Below, piece after piece: positions 8,485 to 14,223 of a stretch of 14,223 nt of DNA; within the stretch, counting starts at the first letter, position 1, and each line of letters begins with the position of its first letter. The translations under genes and the position numbers were made by a program. Origin of the DNA: a candidate division WOR-3 bacterium (lineage in GTDB: Bacteria; Hydrothermota; Hydrothermia; LBFQ01; DSFT01); NCBI GenBank assembly GCA_965649115.1, contig CBFGJN010000050.1, forward strand, positions 1 through 14,223, read 5' to 3'. Under the pieces are notes generated by a model. It was not told the DNA's origin, made no database searches, and saw only the letters and a program-made list of their open reading frames with translations.

Positions 8485-9550
8485 CATAATTAATTTCTTC
8501 ATCTTTTAAATTTGGATAAAAAGGCAGACTTAAAACATGATTTGAAAACCAACATGCATTTTTAAATTGATTTTCGTTATAACCAAACTTTTCTCTATAA
8601 AACTTCAATAATGGTATAGGTTTTGGATAATGAACTGAAACTTCAATACCATTTTCAATTAATTTTTCCATTATTTTATCTCTTTCTTCAACTAAAATTA
8701 CAAAAAGATGGTAAGCACTCTTGCCATAAATTTTTGGCATATTTACATTTAAATTTTTAAGAGCATTATAATAAGTCTCGTAAATTTTTTTCCTTTTCTG
8801 CCATAAATCATCAATCCTTTTCAATTGAGTTATTAACATACTTGCTTGAAAATTCGTTAAATTATATTTCCATCCTAACAACTCCATATCATATAAAATT
8901 TTGTGTTTCCTTCTATCAAGTCCGTGAAGTCTCAATAATTTTAGCTTTTCTAAAAACTTTTCATTATTAAAAACAATAGCTCCACCTTCTCCACAAGTTA
9001 TATTTTTTGTCGCATAAAAACTAAAACAAGCAAAATCACCAAATCCTGGTTTATATCCATCTCTTTCCCCTTCTATGCAATGGGCACTATCTTCAACTAT
9101 ATAAACTCCATATTTTTCTTTTAAAAATAGTAAATCTTTTGGAGAAACCATCTGACCATAAAGATGAACTGGCATAATTACTCTAATTTTTTTATCTCTT
9201 TTAATTAAATCTTCAACAATATTCAAATCCATTAGTCCTGTTTCCCTATCAATATCAACAAACACAACTTCTCTATTAGCCATTAAAACCGCATTAGCAG
9301 ATGCCATAAATGATAATGCAGGAACAATAACCTTTTCGTCGTAGTCTAATTCTAATGCTAAAATTGATAAGTGTAACGCAGAGGTGCAACTATTAACACT
9401 TAAACAATACTTTACATTTAAATATCTTGAAAAAAGTTCTTCAAATTCCTCATTTTTATTTCCACTTGTTAAATAAGGTGATTTTAAGGTATTTATAACT
9501 TCATTAATATCTTCTTCATTTAAAGAATGCCTGAAAAATGGAATTTTCAT
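8444..9550 (-). CDS. DegT/DnrJ/EryC1/StrS-family PLP-dependent nucleotide-sugar aminotransferase
   Basis: VNSCTSALHL, PVHLYGQ, VEDSAH, CFSFYATKNITCGEGG (PLP lysine), LSLPFYP. Confidence 0.95.
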   Translation of the reverse strand: MKIPFFRHSLNEEDINEVINTLKSPYLTSGNKNEEFEELFSRYLNVKYCLSVNSCTSALHLSILALELDYDEKVIVPALSFMASANAVLMANREVVFVDIDRETGLMDLNIVEDLIKRDKKIRVIMPVHLYGQMVSPKDLLFLKEKYGVYIVEDSAHCIEGERDGYKPGFGDFACFSFYATKNITCGEGGAIVFNNEKFLEKLKLLRLHGLDRRKHKILYDMELLGWKYNLTNFQASMLITQLKRIDDLWQKRKKIYETYYNALKNLNVNMPKIYGKSAYHLFVILVEERDKIMEKLIENGIEVSVHYPKPIPLLKFYREKFGYNENQFKNACWFSNHVLSLPFYPNLKDEEINYVIDVLSSLLQKEV

Positions 9551-9831
9551 TTAAAACTTACATTTGAAATTTCACCATTACAATTTCCATTAATTGTTAA
9601 AGGAATTTTATAAGGTTTTCTTCTTGTAGGAATGATTTTAGCTTCACTTAAATTTATAATTTTTTTTCCTTGACCATTAATTTCTGTTTCAAGTTTATAA
9701 ACTTCATAGCCCTTTGAAAATGTTATATAAATTTTACAAGCATTATTAACTTTGTAATCAATTTCTATTTGAGTTTTTCCTTCAAGCTCATAATTCTTTA
9801 ATTCATAAAAGAGAGCAAAAAGAAAAATCAT
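9547..9831 (-). CDS. Small hypothetical protein with short hydrophobic N-terminus
   Basis: Fills the gap between co-oriented genes: 3-nt gap upstream, ATGA overlap with the DegT gene. Begins MIFLFALFY. Confidence 0.7.
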   Translation of the reverse strand: MIFLFALFYELKNYELEGKTQIEIDYKVNNACKIYITFSKGYEVYKLETEINGQGKKIINLSEAKIIPTRRKPYKIPLTINGNCNGEISNVSFK

Positions 9832-9834
9832 GTT

Positions 9835-11238
9835 TTAACCTCCTATTTTATAAACTTCGTTATTTATCTTCAAAATATAAGCCCCTCTTTTATTTAAATT
9901 GAAAATCTCATTAAAACCAGGCTTAACATCTATTTTAGATTCATAAACAAGCCCACCATTAATTTTATAGACCTTCATATCAATTTTTTCGTTTTTATTT
10001 GAAATGTAAATAACTTTTTTGCCTTTTATAAGTATTTTATTTTCAGAGAATTTTTCATTTGCCTTAACAATCAAGTTATTTATTTTAGCATAGGTTGAAT
10101 AAACATGAAAGTATCCGGTTCTATTGTCAGCCCAAGCAACATAAACATTTTGGCTATCAGCATAGGCCTCAATATAATGACCAGGCCAACAATTATAATT
10201 TACATTATCAACACTACCGCAATCATTTTCCTCAACGAATTCAAACGTTGTATCACTTACTCTTATAGGAGAGCTCCAACTACTTCCAAAATTTACAGAA
10301 TATGAATAGAATAAAGCCCATTTTTTATATGAAATTTTATAGAAATAGAATAAATGAGCATTTCCATAGGGATCAAATATAATAGCAGGCATATAATATG
10401 TTGAATTGTTTCCGTTTGGAGCAACCATAAATGTATCCCAAGAAATTAGATTATATCTTAAAATATAAACTCTCCAATCATTTCTACTACCTGTCCTTGT
10501 ATGCATGTATGCATTCAATACTCTACCATTATAAGCATCCGCATGAATGCCTTGTGGATAGGGATTTGGGATAATAACTGAATGCATAATAGCAACTTTT
10601 TGAGAATTAGTCCAATTTAAGCAATCCGTTGAACTTGATACATAAATCCCAACATTTGTTGGATCATCACCCCAGAAGAAAACCCAAAATTTACTTTTAT
10701 CACTTGTTATAATTGGGACACCACCATTAGTAGAATTTGGAACATTTACAATTGTCCAATTATTTCCATTATCAAATGAGCAAGCAACTCTTATAATACT
10801 TGAACTACCAGAATATGAAGCAAAAACAATAGCAATTGTATCTTTCTTAATAGCCATCCATGGATGGTCAAGGCTACCAGTTGAAATTATTTTGGTAGTA
10901 GTAAAGGAATTTCCAAAATCCATAGTCTTTCTATAAGCAATTGAAGTAGAATTCAACCAAACAATATGAATTATGCCTCCATTTTCTTTAACAACAGGGT
11001 CGCAACAGTCACTGTTTCCAAATATAGAATTATTATCATTACCCCAAGTTTTCGTTGTATCAAGACTTCTATCGTACCAATTACCTCCTGTTGTTCCATT
11101 ATCAACCCAGCTTGAAATAGATTTAAATTGTGTTGTAGTAATAGATATTTCAGCCTGCTCATTAGAGCCTGTTTTATCATCTATTTTTACATTTGGTTTA
11201 AAAGGAAAATCAAGAATTAAAAAATTTAAAAGAAACAT
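9835..11238 (-). CDS. Secreted BNR/Asp-box (sialidase-like beta-propeller) protein with T9SS type-A-like C-terminal domain
   Basis: Asp-boxes SLDTTKTW, TMDFGNSF, SFDNGNNW, STDCLNW, SVNFGSSW; VYVAWADNR; C-terminal VYKINGGLV...GAYILKI. Confidence 0.8.
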   Translation of the reverse strand: MFLLNFLILDFPFKPNVKIDDKTGSNEQAEISITTTQFKSISSWVDNGTTGGNWYDRSLDTTKTWGNDNNSIFGNSDCCDPVVKENGGIIHIVWLNSTSIAYRKTMDFGNSFTTTKIISTGSLDHPWMAIKKDTIAIVFASYSGSSSIIRVACSFDNGNNWTIVNVPNSTNGGVPIITSDKSKFWVFFWGDDPTNVGIYVSSSTDCLNWTNSQKVAIMHSVIIPNPYPQGIHADAYNGRVLNAYMHTRTGSRNDWRVYILRYNLISWDTFMVAPNGNNSTYYMPAIIFDPYGNAHLFYFYKISYKKWALFYSYSVNFGSSWSSPIRVSDTTFEFVEENDCGSVDNVNYNCWPGHYIEAYADSQNVYVAWADNRTGYFHVYSTYAKINNLIVKANEKFSENKILIKGKKVIYISNKNEKIDMKVYKINGGLVYESKIDVKPGFNEIFNLNKRGAYILKINNEVYKIGG

Positions 11239-11244
11239 ATGAAA

Positions 11245-11253
11245 ATTTTAAAG
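11245..11253 (-). promoter_or_regulatory. CTTTAAAAT -10-like box, 6 nt upstream of ATG 11238
   Basis: Minus strand reads TACCTTTAAAATTTTCAT-ATG; no SD. Confidence 0.6.
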
Positions 11254-11272
11254 GTAAAAAATGTTTATTTCC

Positions 11273-11456
11273 TGCTGTGTCCAAAAATTCTGGAATTATT
11301 TATTTTTCAAAAGCCTTCGGCTTTAAAATACCCAATTTTTCGGACTTGGGGGCTTTGCTCCCATAAATTCCCTCCATTAAAACTATAATTTCAGAAAATT
11401 TCTCATAAATTATCAATCACTTAATTTCTATATTTTGCCCAATCGCCCTGAAATAA
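11273..11456 (-). mobile_element. MITE-like repeat copy 5 (minus strand, rearranged, left terminal repeat not recognisable)
   Basis: Minus strand ends GAAAAATAAATAATTCCAGAATTTTTGGACACAGCA and contains GGGAGCAAAGCCCCC and GGGTATTTTAAAGCCGAAGGCTT. A degenerate CAGGGCGATTGGGCAAAATATAGAAA block lies out of order at about 11425-11456. Confidence 0.8.
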
Positions 11457-11504
11457 CGGAGGCTTCACTTAAACAAATCAGATTTTTTAAGCGATAACAT
11501 TAGG

Positions 11505-11540
11505 CTTTAAAATTTTGAAGAATTTTTTAAAGGAGGGTGA
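11505..11540 (+). promoter_or_regulatory. CTTTAAAAT -10-like box (11505-11513) followed by a strong Shine-Dalgarno AGGAGG (11531-11536)
   Basis: Seen directly in the sequence. SD spacing favours ATG 11543 over GTG 11537. Confidence 0.65.
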
Positions 11541-11542
11541 TT

Positions 11543-13945
11543 ATGATATGGATCTTTTTATATACTGATTTAACTGATAAGTTTATCTACAAGTATGTAA
11601 AAACCTATAATGTTTCGTATGATGAAGTTGTAAGTTTCATAAGAGATGCTAAATTAGAGGTAATTTCCTCTTATGTTCAAGAATTTTTCAATATATCCCC
11701 TCAAAAGGAAGCTTATCATTATGCTGAGTTAATAAAGGAAGATATTCTCAACAATAAACCAAATAAAAACAAAGATAATAATCCTGTGATAAATGTTAGT
11801 TATGTGGGTTGTGGTCCTGCTTCTTCTAAATGGCAATGGGGTAACGATAACGGGGGACCTTCTTGCACAGGTGCTAATAGGTGTTGGGGTACAATTCTAA
11901 ATGGAAACTATCTTCCAAATATGGAGGATACACTTTATTCACCAGTAATAAATGCTAGTGGATATAATAATATCGTTTTGAGATTTAGACAATGGTACGA
12001 TACTGAAAATAATTATGATCAGGGTTTTGTCTTGTGTTCAAATGATGGTGGAACTACTTGGTATCAAGTTGCTGGACCTTATCAAGGAAATTCTGGTGGT
12101 TGGATAAATACAACCCTTAATCTTCCTGCACAATGTCAAAATACTTCACAACTTAGAATAGCTTTTAGATTTAAGAGTGATGGTTCTGTTCAATACTATG
12201 GTTGGTATATAGATGATGTTGTTATTGAAAATCAGAATTTATCAGGAACAACAGTTTTATATGCAAGTTCATTTGAGGGTGCTGATAATGGGGATTTAAA
12301 TCCTGTTTCAATTTCAGGGACTGCCCCTTGGCAGAGAGGTGTTCCAACAAGTGGTCCAGCTTCTGCCTATGATGGAAGTAATGTATGGGCTACAAATTTA
12401 AGTGGAAATTATAATAATAATGCTGATGAGGCAATTGAAAAGCAAACTGCTATTAATTTAAGTTGTGCAGGTTGTTCTAATTATTATATGAGATTTTATC
12501 ATTATGTTCATACAGAAACAGGTTATGATAGTGGATGGGTTGAATTAAACACAGGTGCTGGATGGTTTAAATTCTCGCCATCATATAGAGGAAATGGTTT
12601 TTCTGGTCCATTAACACCAACTTGGCAGTTAGTTCAACTTGATTTATCCTCTTATGCAGGAAGTTCTATTAGATTTAGGTTTAGATTTAAGAGTGATGGT
12701 TCTGTTAATTATCCAGGATGGTATATAGATAGTTTAAGTATAATTGGCGCTAATGTTTCTACAACAACAATTGCTTCTTATGATTTTAATGCTAATGATG
12801 GTGGATGGACTGCTACCCAAGCAATTTCAATATCAGACCCTTATCAATTAACTAATGGTTATCTTGAATGGTATATAGATATTTTAAATACTAACGATTT
12901 AGGAACATATACTGCAAGAACTGGTCCAAGTCATCCATCTGGAATAATTAGCATTTTATTTGGAGCACAATTTTCTCCACCAAGTGCTTGGTCATCTTGG
13001 ACTACAATTAGGTCTAACTATTCTATGAGGGATTACATTACCAAAAATAGTTCTGCAACACCACCAGCAGGTTATACATCAGTCCAATTAAAGCCTTATG
13101 CTCAAACTGTTATATGTGAGCCTGCAATTCCAAGGTTAACAATTATTTATAGAGTAAATGATGGAACAGATAATTTCACAGCAAAGGAGATATTTTGGAT
13201 AACGGGAAGTGATGCTAATTCTTCAAGATTGTGGCACAAAACTGTAATTATAAATAACGCATCTAATATAAGATATTATGGTGTAAGATGGGAATATGAT
13301 ACGCATGTCGGCTCTAATGATAATCCCGCTCATTTTAGATGTGATTTTTATCCTTCTTTAACATTAAATTGTACTCCTCAAATTACAACTGAACAAACAG
13401 TTAATCCTGTTCCAAATACATTTGACTTTTTAAGAGAAAGCAATTCAGATCCACCTACTGCATATCATTTATTTGTAGTTTATGGTGATGGAGGCTCTCC
13501 GAGTGGTATTACACCTCCTGATTTTGTTCAGCATATAAGATGGGGTGATGCTCATGCTTATACTTGGGATCAAGGCGTCAATGGTGAAGATATAAGTTTA
13601 TCAACAGGTTATGATAACGCATTTAATTACTTTTTCAATCCAAGACCAGTTAATCCGAATGATAGCATTTCGTTTAATCATTATATAGGTTCTCCTATTA
13701 ATCCAACACCAATAAATTATGATGAAATAAAACTTGGAAATTATCGTGTTAAAATCTATAAGACAAATGAAGGATTTAATATATATTATGATGGGAAGGA
13801 TGTGATTGAAGTTTCAATTTATGATATAAATGGTTCTCTTGTTAAGCGTGCTAATTTGAAAAATGGAAACAACTATGTTAAAATTCAAAGAAGTGGAGTT
13901 TATATTATAAAAGGTGAAAATTGGATAATAAAGGCAATTAGGTAA
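11543..13945 (+). CDS. Large secreted protein with two cleaved-adhesin/MAM/InhA-like jelly-roll domains, an uncharacterised C-terminal region and a T9SS-like sorting domain
   Basis: Duplicated 'WQ.G...GP......W.T.L.GNY...LRF...YDTE..YD.G.V...W...FRFKSDGSV.Y.GWYID' unit; C-terminal VSIYDINGSLVK...SGVYIIK. Confidence 0.8.
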   Translation: MIWIFLYTDLTDKFIYKYVKTYNVSYDEVVSFIRDAKLEVISSYVQEFFNISPQKEAYHYAELIKEDILNNKPNKNKDNNPVINVSYVGCGPASSKWQWGNDNGGPSCTGANRCWGTILNGNYLPNMEDTLYSPVINASGYNNIVLRFRQWYDTENNYDQGFVLCSNDGGTTWYQVAGPYQGNSGGWINTTLNLPAQCQNTSQLRIAFRFKSDGSVQYYGWYIDDVVIENQNLSGTTVLYASSFEGADNGDLNPVSISGTAPWQRGVPTSGPASAYDGSNVWATNLSGNYNNNADEAIEKQTAINLSCAGCSNYYMRFYHYVHTETGYDSGWVELNTGAGWFKFSPSYRGNGFSGPLTPTWQLVQLDLSSYAGSSIRFRFRFKSDGSVNYPGWYIDSLSIIGANVSTTTIASYDFNANDGGWTATQAISISDPYQLTNGYLEWYIDILNTNDLGTYTARTGPSHPSGIISILFGAQFSPPSAWSSWTTIRSNYSMRDYITKNSSATPPAGYTSVQLKPYAQTVICEPAIPRLTIIYRVNDGTDNFTAKEIFWITGSDANSSRLWHKTVIINNASNIRYYGVRWEYDTHVGSNDNPAHFRCDFYPSLTLNCTPQITTEQTVNPVPNTFDFLRESNSDPPTAYHLFVVYGDGGSPSGITPPDFVQHIRWGDAHAYTWDQGVNGEDISLSTGYDNAFNYFFNPRPVNPNDSISFNHYIGSPINPTPINYDEIKLGNYRVKIYKTNEGFNIYYDGKDVIEVSIYDINGSLVKRANLKNGNNYVKIQRSGVYIIKGENWIIKAIR

Positions 13946-13974
13946 GTGCTTTAAAGTCAAAGACTTATTAGAAA

Positions 13975-14006
13975 TAATAGGGGGAATTAAGGGGGTCAAG
14001 TCTCCT
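13975..14006 (+). repeat. Possible degenerate internal fragment of the MITE family abutting the IS left end
   Basis: TAATAGGGGGAATTAAGGGGGTCAAGTCTCC resembles TAATGGAGGGAATTTATGGGAGCAAAGCCCCC (copy 5) and TAATGGGGGGTCTAATGGGGGGCAAAGCCCCCC (copy 1). Confidence 0.5.
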
Positions 14007-14007
14007 A

Positions 14008-14223
14008 TGCTTTGTCCAATAAATAATGTCAAGGGGGGTTTAGGGGTTAAGAATTTAGGATTTAAAATTTTGGAATGGGGAAGATAAACTGGCAAAAATA
14101 TAACAAGGAATTGGTAAGGAGGGGTGAAATATGGGTGAGCAAGGAATTAATAGGGAAAATAAAAGAGAAAGAGGACGATGAGAAGGAGAAGAGAGGGAGG
14201 CCATACAAATATCCTACTTTTTT
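14008..14223 (+). mobile_element. Left end of an IS5-family (IS903-group) insertion sequence, truncated by the window
   Basis: Terminal TGCTTTGTCCAATAAAT resembles the IS903 inverted repeat as I recall it (GGCTTTGTTGAATAAATC). A transposase N-terminus starts 67 nt further in. Confidence 0.85.
14075..14223 (+). CDS. IS5/IS903-group DDE transposase, N-terminal part (absent from ORF track, runs off the window)
   Basis: Manual translation MGKINWQKYNKELVRRGEIWVSKELIGKIKEKEDDEKEKRGRPYKYPTF carries the NW..YN..L..RG and RGRP..Y motifs of IS903-type transposases. TAAAAT lies 6 nt upstream of the ATG. Confidence 0.85.
   Translation, partial: MGKINWQKYNKELVRRGEIWVSKELIGKIKEKEDDEKEKRGRPYKYPTF

Noticed and set aside
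10105..11242. ORFs 10105-10305, 10971-11180 and 10973-11242
   Set aside because: Overlap the Asp-box protein gene in other frames or on the other strand; no independent support.
1..11456. Intergenic repeats read as a CRISPR array or integron attC sites
   Set aside because: They are dispersed, 140-200 bp long, on both strands and flank housekeeping genes. There is no regular spacer pattern, no cas or integrase gene, and the ends match an IS inverted repeat.
13814..14095. 93-aa minus-strand ORF
   Set aside because: Spans a gene end, the IS terminal repeat and the transposase start; its Pro-rich content just mirrors plus-strand G-runs.

Overview
AT-rich bacterial window, probably from an FCB-type or WOR-3-like diderm (inferred from LptD and two T9SS-type C-terminal domains). 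It encodes a small secreted HMA-like protein, a two-module amidohydrolase, a DUF5618/HEPN-like orphan, lptD, divergent glyA and gcvT, a minus-strand operon (Asp-box propeller protein, small hypothetical protein, DegT aminotransferase) and a large secreted jelly-roll protein. At the right edge is the left end of an IS5-family (IS903-group) element that the ORF track misses. Every intergenic gap longer than about 60 bp holds a copy or fragment of a 140-200 bp non-coding repeat whose termini match that IS's inverted repeat, i.e. a MITE family. Four copies end 21-22 nt upstream of a conserved CTTTAAAAT -10-like box. That box lies only 6-10 nt before start codons lacking a Shine-Dalgarno (SD) sequence, suggesting leaderless mRNAs. 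The exported proteins appear to carry ultra-short, uncharged signal peptides.
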